Shown here piece by piece: positions 53,151 to 63,140 of a DNA stretch of 64,000 bases. How positions within the stretch are numbered: the stretch's first letter is position 1; each line of letters begins with the position of its first letter. The stretch spans positions 1 through 64,000 of the IMG/VR virus record IMGVR_UViG_3300011008_000025, one strand, 5' to 3'. This DNA is from a virus (taxonomy: Duplodnaviria; Caudoviricetes). The translations under genes and the position numbers were made by a program. Under the pieces are notes generated by a model. The model did no database searches. It was not told where the DNA came from and was given only the letters and a program-made list of their open reading frames with translations.

Positions 53151-55951
53151 GAGGTAAGTCCCTATATATCTTCTCTGCCGATTGCAAGGACCTCATCATT
53201 CCGCAATACTACAGCAACTGGCGCCGCAGACGCATAGGGCACAGTATGCTGAATCTTAAGCGCGACTATAATACAAGACGTTTTGTAGCCGCGCTGGATT
53301 TCAGCCTCGATCAGATCAAGCTTGGCGAGGTGTATGAGGGTGTTTACGGGGACACCGACTTCTCCTTTAAGCGCGGGCGCAAACACTATACGAAGAGCGT
53401 GATCAATGTGACGTTCAAATATGCGGTGCGCGAATGGAACCGCATCGGTGGCACAACGTATGTTAAGCTTGGGCAGTGCCCGCGAGATTTGACATTCCGG
53501 GACGGTATTGCCAGGGACGCAAACGGTACCGTGGTCGGTGTAGAGGTGGATAAACCCTTTGCGCGTTCGGCGGCAGACGACGAGCTGCTTCCATACTTCG
53601 GATATGCAGACGGTCAATATAAAATGCTTCACCAGCCTAAAGTTATGGTCGGTACGGCCGAAGCGCGTGAGCGTCTGTACAAAAACGGCTTCTGGTGCGA
53701 CAACGTCCATTATGTGCGCTGGAAGCGGAGCTCCGGTTCGGCGCGTGTGGGCAAATGCCTGTTCATCGACGAGAAGCTGTACGACGAGATGCACAAATGG
53801 GAGATGTGCGGGCTGGATGTGCGCGATGGCGATCAGATCGATCTGGCGGCTCTGGAGAGCTACATCTCTCTTCCCTCCTCCAGCATCGTGGATGTGCTTG
53901 AGCTGGCGCCGGAGAATATCCTGGTGATCGACGATTGGGAAAGTGTGTTTGCCGACGACGTGATCTCTGTGGAGGAGCACGGGGGTAGGTTGTCGGCCGA
54001 GCATAAAACCTGTGAGATCCACAACAGTATCTGGGACGGGCAGGGGCTGATTGACAAGTCGGCTATGGGGCCGTACAGCGATAAGGGTATGATCCTGCTG
54101 CGGAACCTGTTTTTTAAGTGCTGCTGCTTTAACTGCAATCTGCAGCAGTGGTTTGCCGATAACGGCATCACGGAGATCGGTCAGCTCCATGGCCGCACGA
54201 AGGCCAAGCGCGTCGAGGATATCAAGCTGATCACGACGCCGAGCAGTATCAAGTATGTCAAGTTTGGCACACTGGATGAGTGGATGGCGCACATTGAGCC
54301 GATGTTCGGTGTGGTGAAATATGATAAGCCCACACATTTCTTTGACGGCCGTATGGTGCAGATCCATTACCAGCTTCTCAATACGCTGCAGCTCACGCCG
54401 GACGAAGTGCGGGCGCTGCTCGCTCCAACCTTTGATTATATGACGATGCTGCGGACGGACCCTGCTGTGATGCGCTACCATATTAAATACCCGATCGATC
54501 CGGATGCCGACGAGATCCTGCCGGCTCAGAGCAAGAACGACGTGATATATCAGATGCTCGGCATTAACGACAGGTTTGCCGAGACGAAACTGTACCATGA
54601 CTTCCGTACAGATGTATTGAAATCCATGACAAAGAGCCTGCGGCTTGGACATGTGCTCGTGAACGGCAACTATAGTGTGCTGTGCGGCAATCCGATCGAG
54701 ATGCTGCGGGCGGCAATCGGAACCTTTGACGGTACCAGTCAGATCGGTGCGGGTAACATTCACTCAACACGCTTTGCGTACGGGCAGAAGCTGCTTGGCT
54801 CCCGCTCCCCTCACGTGTCTATGGGCAACGTGTTGGTAGCGAACAATGCCGCAAACGACATGATCGATCGATACATGAATCCGTCGCCGCAGATCGTATA
54901 TCTCAACTCTATTGGCGAGAGCATCCTGGACAGACTGTCCGGGGCCGACTTTGATTCGGACGTTATGCTCCTTACCGACAACAATATTCTGATAGAGGCT
55001 GCAGAAACGCACTATGCCCACTTCCCTGTTGCCGCGTACAACGTGGTGGCGAAGAAGATCGCCCGATATTACACCAAGGCTCAGCAGTGTGACCTGGATA
55101 TAAAAACGAGCCGCAATTTGATCGGCCGCATCGTGAACACGGCCAGCGAGATCAACTCCATGATATGGGATCGCCTGAATAATGGAGCATCGATTGAGGA
55201 TGTGCAGCCGTTATATCTGGACGCGTGTTTGCTGAACGTGATGAGTAATATCGAGATCGACTCCGCCAAGAAGGAATTCAACGTCAACAATCGTAAAGAG
55301 CTTGACATCTTGAATCAGAAATATGCGCGTGTCAGCGCCGACGGTCGCAAGGTGAAGCCAAACTTCTTTGCGGCGAAAGATCGCGGCAAGGGATATTACG
55401 ACGCATCGTCCAAGGTATATCAGAAGCATGCATCGACGATGGATTACCTGCAGACGGCCATCAACTCTTATAAGCTGCGGGCAGGTCACGGGGATCGGCA
55501 CGGTGCCTTCCTCCCCTTCTCGGAGCTCGTTACAAGCGAAGATTACAATCACCGTAACGTGTGGCGTCCGAAGATCGAGCGCGCTGTGGAGCTGGTGAGG
55601 CAGTCGCGGAGCGAAATCAAGTACATATACGCGTCCGATACTCTTGAGCCGGAGGATCAACACCGTCTGGCTGCTACAAGGCGACAGGATTGTATCGATT
55701 ACGTCGGCGAGATCGTGATGACACGTAACACCATGATCTATTTCCTAAAACATCTTGAGGATGATGAGCTCAAAGATATCTGCCGCTCCGTCTTCAACAC
55801 TTTGTTCGGTTACCCCAACTCTTCCTTCTTCGATCTGATCAAACGAAGCCGGGAGCCGGTGCTGTCCCTGGTAGAGGATCCGGATGGCGATCTGCGTATC
55901 TTCGACCTGCATTTCCGCCGGGAAATTACAAAAAATGGCCAAATTACTTGA
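53147..55951 (+). CDS. YonO-like single-subunit two-barrel DNA-dependent RNA polymerase
   Basis: KRSSGSARVGKC, WDGQGL, LLRN.FFK, SRSPH, catalytic LSGADFDSD, IG.IVN and EIDSAK; located upstream of the late genes as in SPbeta. Confidence 0.9.
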   Translation: MRGKSLYIFSADCKDLIIPQYYSNWRRRRIGHSMLNLKRDYNTRRFVAALDFSLDQIKLGEVYEGVYGDTDFSFKRGRKHYTKSVINVTFKYAVREWNRIGGTTYVKLGQCPRDLTFRDGIARDANGTVVGVEVDKPFARSAADDELLPYFGYADGQYKMLHQPKVMVGTAEARERLYKNGFWCDNVHYVRWKRSSGSARVGKCLFIDEKLYDEMHKWEMCGLDVRDGDQIDLAALESYISLPSSSIVDVLELAPENILVIDDWESVFADDVISVEEHGGRLSAEHKTCEIHNSIWDGQGLIDKSAMGPYSDKGMILLRNLFFKCCCFNCNLQQWFADNGITEIGQLHGRTKAKRVEDIKLITTPSSIKYVKFGTLDEWMAHIEPMFGVVKYDKPTHFFDGRMVQIHYQLLNTLQLTPDEVRALLAPTFDYMTMLRTDPAVMRYHIKYPIDPDADEILPAQSKNDVIYQMLGINDRFAETKLYHDFRTDVLKSMTKSLRLGHVLVNGNYSVLCGNPIEMLRAAIGTFDGTSQIGAGNIHSTRFAYGQKLLGSRSPHVSMGNVLVANNAANDMIDRYMNPSPQIVYLNSIGESILDRLSGADFDSDVMLLTDNNILIEAAETHYAHFPVAAYNVVAKKIARYYTKAQQCDLDIKTSRNLIGRIVNTASEINSMIWDRLNNGASIEDVQPLYLDACLLNVMSNIEIDSAKKEFNVNNRKELDILNQKYARVSADGRKVKPNFFAAKDRGKGYYDASSKVYQKHASTMDYLQTAINSYKLRAGHGDRHGAFLPFSELVTSEDYNHRNVWRPKIERAVELVRQSRSEIKYIYASDTLEPEDQHRLAATRRQDCIDYVGEIVMTRNTMIYFLKHLEDDELKDICRSVFNTLFGYPNSSFFDLIKRSREPVLSLVEDPDGDLRIFDLHFRREITKNGQIT

Positions 55952-56095
55952 CCTACCCCAAAAGTTTCAAAGCTTTGAAATGCCCGCAAGTCCTTGATTT
56001 TCAAGGGTTTGCGGGTTTTCTGCATTTTGACGGGAGTGTGGTGTGTTAGGAGGAGAAACGGCTCCAAGCCACTCCTTACTACAGAAAAAGGACTG

Positions 56096-56272
56096 ATTAT
56101 TATTATCCAAGTGAGCAAAGAAGAGGCTCAGGCCATCCGCGAAAATTGTAAAGACCCTCAGATTGTGAGGACGTGCGTGCAGAAGTCCAACCGACACCGG
56201 TACTATGCCGTTGAAAGCCGGGAGGTCAAGGCGCTGCTGAGAAAGATGCGTGGTGCGGCCAATGTTAAGTGA
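56096..56272 (+). CDS. small basic hypothetical protein; probable ATT start
   Basis: AAAGGA followed by ATT ATT ATT ATC CAA GTG; ends overlapping the next gene. Confidence 0.55.
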   Translation: MIIIQVSKEEAQAIRENCKDPQIVRTCVQKSNRHRYYAVESREVKALLRKMRGAANVK

Positions 56273-57038
56273 TTATACGCCTATTCTGTTCAACACACCG
56301 AAAGAGTTCTCTTACATCGAACTGTATGCGCTGCATGATTTGCATATGGGCAGTGCGCAGTTCAACAAAGAAAAGTGGGGCGCTGTCAAACAGGAGATTC
56401 TGGATGCGCCGAACCGCTACTGCATCTTTGTGGGCGACGCCATGGAAAACGCGACTCCTGGTAGTAAGAGCGATGTGTTTACGCAGACTTCCACTCCGCA
56501 GGAGCAGCGGGAGTGGTTTGCCGAGCAGCTGTGTGATTTGTCTGATCGCACTATAGCTGTGATCGACGGCAACCATGAGCGCAACCGCAGTTATAAGTTG
56601 GCTGGGTTGTACCCGCTGTACGACGCCTGTATCATTGCCGGTATCAAGGAACGTTACCGTCCGCATTTTGCTTTTATTGATATCGGTGTTGGCACACGCG
56701 CCAAGGACCCTAACGCGCAGACGCACTACGTCGGCTACCTCGTGCATAAGGCCAAGGACACCAAGGCATACAGCACGGCGGACTTTGTCGACGGCGTCGA
56801 CTTTACCGTGTGGGGACACGACCACTCTCCCAAGGATCAGCCTCGGGCCAAGCTGGTTTACAATCCCATCCTTAAAAACATTACGCTGAAATCCACCGAG
56901 ACCGTGAACGCCGGGTCCTTCCTTGACTACGGCGGCTACGCTGTGGATAACGGCTACAGGCCCAACTCGGACAAGCTGTATAAGCTGGTACTTGTCGGGG
57001 CCGAGAAAAAGATTCAGACCGTCGGATTCTACGTGTAA
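56262..57038 (+). CDS. calcineurin-like metallophosphoesterase
   Basis: DLH, GD, GNHE and GHDH. Confidence 0.9.
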   Translation: MLSDYTPILFNTPKEFSYIELYALHDLHMGSAQFNKEKWGAVKQEILDAPNRYCIFVGDAMENATPGSKSDVFTQTSTPQEQREWFAEQLCDLSDRTIAVIDGNHERNRSYKLAGLYPLYDACIIAGIKERYRPHFAFIDIGVGTRAKDPNAQTHYVGYLVHKAKDTKAYSTADFVDGVDFTVWGHDHSPKDQPRAKLVYNPILKNITLKSTETVNAGSFLDYGGYAVDNGYRPNSDKLYKLVLVGAEKKIQTVGFYV

Positions 57039-57051
57039 AGGTGGTGACGGT

Positions 57052-57462
57052 ATGAATACAACGGAGTTTTCAAGGTTGTTTGCGAGCCAGTATAACGTCA
57101 GTGCGCAGACGGCTGACACGTGGGTGCGATCCATTTTTGAGTTCCTATGCGAACAGCTTCCTGTGAACCAGGAGATCAAGATCGCCGGTTTCGGCAGCTT
57201 TCGGCAGAAATATGCGCCGGCAAGACGGTATCAGGATTGGGTTACCGGCAAGATCATGACATCTAAACCGCATATGGACCTGACTTTTGTGCCGTGCGCA
57301 AAGCTCGATCGGAGCATGCGCGACGTGCCGATCATTGAAGAACCTATTAAAAAGGGCGGCCGTAAAAGCGAGCTGCCTGTGCGCGGCAGTGCGCCGCACG
57401 ATGTCGAGTATATCGACGAGGAAATACATGATGCTGAAGCGGTTGAAGAGGAGAAAAAATAA
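57052..57462 (+). CDS. HU/IHF-like DNA-binding protein
   Basis: IKIAGFGSF...APARR...TG...F.P. Confidence 0.85.
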   Translation: MNTTEFSRLFASQYNVSAQTADTWVRSIFEFLCEQLPVNQEIKIAGFGSFRQKYAPARRYQDWVTGKIMTSKPHMDLTFVPCAKLDRSMRDVPIIEEPIKKGGRKSELPVRGSAPHDVEYIDEEIHDAEAVEEEKK

Positions 57463-57654
57463 CGCCGCGTAGTGCTGTAACACCACGCGGCGGCGCCTCA
57501 GAAAGCCTTACAGATTTCATTGTAAGATCGGGCCCCGCTTGCACGGGGTTACCAAATAGACACCAGGGTCTATTGATCCACAATGAAATAAAGGCGTATA
57601 CACATTATACTCGTAATCTTGCAGTTTTGTCAAAAGGAAAGGGAGGTGAGACAA

Positions 57655-58713
57655 GTGGGTCGCAAGGTACAACAGAATAAGATTACGTCGCCGGAGAAGC
57701 TGGCGGCGGTCAATCCGAAAAATATGGAGCTGAAACGGGACTTTCTGGCCTACTTGCGCTCCATTCAGAGGTCGCCGAACACCATTAAGGGGTACGATAA
57801 CGACCTCGATATCATTATGGTGTTCCTGCTGGAACGCTGTGGCAACAAGGAGTTTGTCAGCGTTAAGAAGCGGGAATGGGTGGCCATGCAGGACTGGATG
57901 GTCAACGAAAATGGCAACAGTGCGGCGAGAGTGCGCCGTATCAAGGCTGTGATCAGCAGCCTGTCCAATTATGTGTCCAACATTCTGGCAGAGGACGAGC
58001 CCGATGAATTCGGCAGTTTCAAGCCTACGATTCGCGGCATAGAAAACCCGGTAAATACGCCGGTTATGGAGAAGACGGTACTCAGCGACGAGGAGGTCAA
58101 CACCGTGTTGTCTGCCCTGATGGACGCAAAACAGTATGAAAAGGCTTGCTACTTTGCGCTGGCTGCGTTCAGCGGGCGCAGAAAAAGTGAGTTGTTCCGC
58201 TTCAAGACGGAGCATTTTGGTCCAGATCATCTGATCTGTAACGGCGCTTTGTACTCTACGCTAGAGACGATCCAGTCGAAGGGGCGCGGGGTTACCGGCA
58301 AACAGATCGTGTTTTATACGCTGGCGAAGGACTTTCAGCCGTATTTCGACGCGTGGATGCAGTATAGGGAACAAATCGGCCTCGACAGTCCGTGGATGTT
58401 CCCCGATCCGGACGACCCGACGCAGCCAAGAGATCACAACATTGCTAACTCGTGGACGCATACGTTCAGCCGCGTGCTGTTTGAGAGCACCGGGCGCGCA
58501 GACAAGATCTATTCGCACGCGCTGCGGCACTACTATACGACTCGCCTGAGCAAGAGCGGTGTGCCGCACAATGTGATCAAGGAGATCGTTGCGTGGGAAG
58601 ATGTGTCTATGGTTGCGCGATACGACGACACAGACGTCGCGGAGAGTTTCTCTGACTACTTTACGGCGGATGGTATTAAGGGCACTGAGAAGAAATCGCT
58701 TAGCGACCTGTGA
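57655..58713 (+). CDS. tyrosine recombinase (SAM-like plus catalytic domains)
   Basis: SPNTIKGY, SGRRKSEL, KGRG, HALRH, W and RY intact. Confidence 0.9.
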   Translation: MGRKVQQNKITSPEKLAAVNPKNMELKRDFLAYLRSIQRSPNTIKGYDNDLDIIMVFLLERCGNKEFVSVKKREWVAMQDWMVNENGNSAARVRRIKAVISSLSNYVSNILAEDEPDEFGSFKPTIRGIENPVNTPVMEKTVLSDEEVNTVLSALMDAKQYEKACYFALAAFSGRRKSELFRFKTEHFGPDHLICNGALYSTLETIQSKGRGVTGKQIVFYTLAKDFQPYFDAWMQYREQIGLDSPWMFPDPDDPTQPRDHNIANSWTHTFSRVLFESTGRADKIYSHALRHYYTTRLSKSGVPHNVIKEIVAWEDVSMVARYDDTDVAESFSDYFTADGIKGTEKKSLSDL

Positions 58714-58730
58714 TTTTAAGGTGGTGACTG

Positions 58731-59762
58731 ATTATAGCAAACGCAAAGAATAGTTTGCCGAAGAAGCTTCCGAAGCGCGAAGTGCCGCGCAAGGAGCCTA
58801 TGACTACGGCGGAGGCGTTTGAACCGCCGAAATTTACGAAGAGGATCGTACGGCCGGATGTAGTCATGCAGCCGCCGTATTATTGCCATTGCACATTCAA
58901 GGAGTTCCAGGATCAAAAAGGAAACTTCCTGAAAACAAACGGAGATTTGTTCGCGGCAAACAACGGCTTCTTCCCTGTCAGCACGGATGCGATGGAGATG
59001 TACTATCAGCACATAGCAGACGATACGGGCAGCGAGCGCATTGCTTTGCATCGCGTAGCTCAATTGCTCGACTTATACATTAATGACGAGATCATTGATG
59101 CTGTGCTGGCGGCAGCTGCCGGGAAAAATCCGGTTGGGCGTTTGTGCATGAAGTCGCGCACCAAGGCATATGCCGACAAGACCTATGTTGACACGATGCG
59201 CGAGGAGGAGGCTGCCAGAGCTGCGGCTGCGGACATGATATCGACGCTGCAGCCGGCTAACGTCTCGGACGAGGAAGCTGAGAGTGATCCGCGAGCGGTT
59301 GAGCTGTTCGGTATCGGCTATCGGCCTCACGAATATGCGATCCTGATGCAGCATTACGAGATGCTGACGAAGCAGTTTGAGAATGCGGACGGCGTTCAGG
59401 ATTCGCTGATGCGCGACCTTTGCACGACTAAATTGTTGCAGATGCAGTCGCGCAACGACCCGGACGCGTATGCCAAGCTAACCAAGCTGTATTCTGATAC
59501 CTTGAAGAGCAGCGGACTGAAAACGCGTACCGCCGAGGACTACGCGGACGATGAAGCGGCCACCTGGGGACAGTTTATCGCGCAGGTAGAGCGGTTCTCG
59601 CCTGCTGAATTGTATGAAACGCCCGATCTGTACAAGGATGTGGATCAGATCGGCGACTATATCGAGCGGTTCTTTACCCGTTCAACGCTGAATTACTTCG
59701 GCAAGACGAATGATAAAGACCCTGAGTTCAGTCTAACGGAGGAAGAGATCAATGGCGAATGA
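58731..59762 (+). CDS. probable terminase small subunit/packaging-associated protein; probable ATT/ATA start
   Basis: Directly upstream of and overlapping terL, as in SPbeta-like phages; AAGGTGGTG RBS before ATT ATA GCA. Confidence 0.55.
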   Translation: MIANAKNSLPKKLPKREVPRKEPMTTAEAFEPPKFTKRIVRPDVVMQPPYYCHCTFKEFQDQKGNFLKTNGDLFAANNGFFPVSTDAMEMYYQHIADDTGSERIALHRVAQLLDLYINDEIIDAVLAAAAGKNPVGRLCMKSRTKAYADKTYVDTMREEEAARAAAADMISTLQPANVSDEEAESDPRAVELFGIGYRPHEYAILMQHYEMLTKQFENADGVQDSLMRDLCTTKLLQMQSRNDPDAYAKLTKLYSDTLKSSGLKTRTAEDYADDEAATWGQFIAQVERFSPAELYETPDLYKDVDQIGDYIERFFTRSTLNYFGKTNDKDPEFSLTEEEINGE

Positions 59763-61527
59763 GCAGCAACTGGCATCCAATATGTCAGGATGGCTGGCCG
59801 ATACACGTCATTTGCATTCTTTTCTCGATTGGAACCAGTTTTTTCGAAAAAATCCACATATTTTTGCCAGATTATACTTAAAAATTAAACTTTTTCCGTA
59901 CCAAGAGATCATTTTGTGGGGACTTTTTCAGTCCGATAACGCCATCATTGAGGCCAGTCGAGCGGCGGCCAAGAGCTTTATTCTGGCTGTGTACTGCGTG
60001 ATCCGGTGCATCTTATACCCCGGTACACACGTCATCATTGCCAGTTCGACGCGTAAACAGGCGTCGCTGATCATATCGGAGAAGATCATCAAGGAGTTAT
60101 GCGAGTGGTCTCCTATGCTGCGGCGCGAGATTAAGAGCTATAAGGATAACCAAATCGAGACGTCGGTGACGTTTCGCAACGGAAGCTTCGTCGAGATCGT
60201 TACGCTGGCTGACTCCGCGCGAGGACATCGTGCTCACGTCATCGTGATCGACGAGGGGCGCAACATTCTGGACGACGGCGAAGTCGTGAAGAAGGTCATT
60301 GTCCCCTTCCTGATTTCAAGACAGCCGGAGTTTGCAAGACTGCCGGAGTTCAATGGGCGTAAGGAATTCGTGGAGGAACCAGTGCAGATACAGATCTCCA
60401 GCAGCACGGACGATCAGCACTGGTTGTCGAAAGCTTCGGTCAACGCTATGCGCGGCATGCTGAACGGAGACGGTTCGGTCTTCTTTGCGCTGGACTACGC
60501 AATCTGCCTGAAACACGGAATCCGTACGCGCAAGCAGATGATTACGGCGTACCGAGACGCCGACCCGATCACGCGTATGACGGAATACGACAACATCATG
60601 ATGCGGCAGGGGTCCATGTCGTTCTTCACGTATGCGGAGCTGCGAAACCGGCAGGTTATCGCGAGACCATTTTACCCGAAGACGACAGATGAGTTCGTCA
60701 CAAAGGCCAAGCTTTTGAACCCAATCCAAAAACAGGACGGCGAGATACGGATTGTGGCGGCGGACTTTGCCGCTGTGAACCGATCCGGCAACGACAACAG
60801 CGCCTTCTCGCTGATGCGGCTGCTGCCGGATGTCGGAGACGACGGGCATAAGCTCTATCGTGTACAGGTTGTGTATCTTGAAGCTTTCAAAGGGACAGAG
60901 ATCCGTGCACAAGCTGTCCGACTACAACAGCTCAGGCACGATTTTGGAGCTCAATACTTTGTAGTTGACGGACGTAATATAGGAATTTCTATCGTAGACA
61001 CACTGGCGAGGGTCTTAGCTGACCCTGATCGCGGCGTGGAGTATGCGCCGGTAAGATGTATGAATGACCCAGTGGTTGCGGCGCGTGTCAACAATCCTAA
61101 TGCAGAAGAGTGTTTGTTTATTATTAACGCTTCTAACAAACTGAATGCCGAGATGACTATGTCGTTCAAGGCCATGCTTATGGAGAAGACGATCGAGTTC
61201 CTGATCCCGAAGGACGACGGTCTGGACGAAATCAGACGGTTTATTCCGGACTATAACAAGACGATCGACCCGGATGTGCGTCTGCGTTATGAGGCGCCGT
61301 ATCTTGAGACGATGCTTATGATCTCTGAGATTGCGACGCTGCAGTATGACCGAGCCCCGAGTACCGGTTTGATCCGCGTGTTTGAGCAGGGTAACAACAC
61401 AAAGGACCGTTGGAGCTCTGTTGAAATGGGTGCATACTTTGGCAGCCTGATGGCGCGTGATATGTTAAATGATGATGAGGGTGCGTTTGAGGACGCGCCG
61501 TTATTGGTTTCTAATTTGAATTTTTGA
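59752..61527 (+). CDS. terL: terminase large subunit
   Basis: LFPYQ, ASRAAAKS Walker A, ARGHRA, IVIDE, AADFA...NDNS and KDRWS nuclease motifs. Confidence 0.92.
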   Translation: MANEQQLASNMSGWLADTRHLHSFLDWNQFFRKNPHIFARLYLKIKLFPYQEIILWGLFQSDNAIIEASRAAAKSFILAVYCVIRCILYPGTHVIIASSTRKQASLIISEKIIKELCEWSPMLRREIKSYKDNQIETSVTFRNGSFVEIVTLADSARGHRAHVIVIDEGRNILDDGEVVKKVIVPFLISRQPEFARLPEFNGRKEFVEEPVQIQISSSTDDQHWLSKASVNAMRGMLNGDGSVFFALDYAICLKHGIRTRKQMITAYRDADPITRMTEYDNIMMRQGSMSFFTYAELRNRQVIARPFYPKTTDEFVTKAKLLNPIQKQDGEIRIVAADFAAVNRSGNDNSAFSLMRLLPDVGDDGHKLYRVQVVYLEAFKGTEIRAQAVRLQQLRHDFGAQYFVVDGRNIGISIVDTLARVLADPDRGVEYAPVRCMNDPVVAARVNNPNAEECLFIINASNKLNAEMTMSFKAMLMEKTIEFLIPKDDGLDEIRRFIPDYNKTIDPDVRLRYEAPYLETMLMISEIATLQYDRAPSTGLIRVFEQGNNTKDRWSSVEMGAYFGSLMARDMLNDDEGAFEDAPLLVSNLNF

Positions 61528-61547
61528 TAAGCAAGGAGGTGATACCT

Positions 61548-63140
61548 TTGGACGATTATGAAGTGGAATATATGGCAACGCCGATCGACGAGAACACGGT
61601 TCTGGTCACGTCGGATCACGATGCGGCCTGGATTGAAGAGCGCTATGACGAGATTCTGAGAAGTGCGCTTGAAAATTATCCAACCGCCGCACACAACTCT
61701 GTGATTGTATCGGATACCACGAGTGGGCAGACGCTGTCGCTGGACTACATCGATCAACTTGCGTCCGGTCTGAACTCCAGTGTGGCCAATGTCATTACGG
61801 CAAATGCCATCATCCTTCAGAAGATCCTCTCGGACGCCTTCTTTGGGCAGACGTATGAGTCTGTTGTGAAGAATATCAACACCGATTATAAGTTGTCATA
61901 CGGACGATACGAAGAGGATAACGACTATGCTGACGTGCTCCCCGATGTCAAGGCGGCTATTAAATACTTTAATCAGTCGGTTGGCATCAAGCGCCTGATA
62001 CGGGATGCTATCTCCGGCACATATGCCGAAGGTAACTACGTGCTGTATCTGCGCAACGACAAGAATAAGCGGCCGACCATTGACTGGTATCCGCTTTCCA
62101 TCGCGTATCCTTCGGACTATTTATATGATCACCGCAACGTGATCGAGTTCTCGATCGACAATCTGAAGTCGCGGCTGCGCAAAACCTATCAGAAGACGCG
62201 GAAGAACAAGGCTGTCTATTATGAGAACATCGACAAAGAGGTTCAGGCCAACTATCCGAAAGAGGTCGTGAAGGCGTATCGGGACGGAGAAAAGATTGTG
62301 CGGCTTGATCCGCGCTACTCCGATTGCGTGAAGTTCAACAGCATGGGGCGCAAGCTCGGCGTCAGTCCGCTGTTCCGCTGCCTGAAACCGCTGATCGTAC
62401 TTGATCAGATCCAGGCTGCTGACGTATCCGACAGTAAAGCGCGAAGCAAGAAGATCATCTTTCAGAAGCTGCGCAAGGAGCTGCTTGGTAGCGACGGTAC
62501 GCGCAAGGGTTTCGCTGAGGCGGCGCACGCTCACGAGCAGGCTGCCCAGGCACTCAAGACGAACTTTGGTCTGTATACTGCGATTCCGGCTGTTGAAGAT
62601 ATGTATTATGTGCAAGCAAAGGCGCAGTCCGAAGATTCTATCAACCAGCAGAAGGAGTATACGTCCAAGCTGCTGACCGCTCTGGGTATTGGCTTTACGG
62701 ACAGCGGGGCCAGTCTTGGCGCCGTGAAGATCTCCGTTGCCCAATTGCTCAAAACCGTCAATGCGATCGGCGAAAGCTTTGAAGACGTCATGTACAAGTT
62801 CTACAGAACTTATCTGGAGGACTGTGGATTTGACCCGGAGCTCGCTCCGACCATTAAGGTTATCGACTCCGAGCAGATGGAAATGGATGTGCGCAGACTG
62901 CTTGCTGGCTTTGTGTACAACACGCTGAATGGTTCTCGGCGTACGGCGATGAATATCCTCGACATCGATTACGATGACGAACGCGCCAAGCGTCAGCAAG
63001 AGAATGAAGATGGCGACAATGATATCTTCTATGCCCGCGAGACGTCTTATACCGCAAGCGGTAACAGCGGCGGCAGACCGAAGGGCGACGATGAAAATGG
63101 CCGCCAGGATTATGACGAGTCCTATCGAGAGGATACTTAA
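61548..63140 (+). CDS. portal protein
   Basis: Position between terL and the protease; size about 530 aa; EGNY and GVSP motifs; GGRP tail. Confidence 0.75.
   Translation: MDDYEVEYMATPIDENTVLVTSDHDAAWIEERYDEILRSALENYPTAAHNSVIVSDTTSGQTLSLDYIDQLASGLNSSVANVITANAIILQKILSDAFFGQTYESVVKNINTDYKLSYGRYEEDNDYADVLPDVKAAIKYFNQSVGIKRLIRDAISGTYAEGNYVLYLRNDKNKRPTIDWYPLSIAYPSDYLYDHRNVIEFSIDNLKSRLRKTYQKTRKNKAVYYENIDKEVQANYPKEVVKAYRDGEKIVRLDPRYSDCVKFNSMGRKLGVSPLFRCLKPLIVLDQIQAADVSDSKARSKKIIFQKLRKELLGSDGTRKGFAEAAHAHEQAAQALKTNFGLYTAIPAVEDMYYVQAKAQSEDSINQQKEYTSKLLTALGIGFTDSGASLGAVKISVAQLLKTVNAIGESFEDVMYKFYRTYLEDCGFDPELAPTIKVIDSEQMEMDVRRLLAGFVYNTLNGSRRTAMNILDIDYDDERAKRQQENEDGDNDIFYARETSYTASGNSGGRPKGDDENGRQDYDESYREDT

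Noticed and set aside
53147-55951. True RNA-dependent RNA polymerase / RNAi-like system
   Set aside because: Phage proteins of this family (YonO) are DNA-dependent, and the context is a dsDNA phage late operon.
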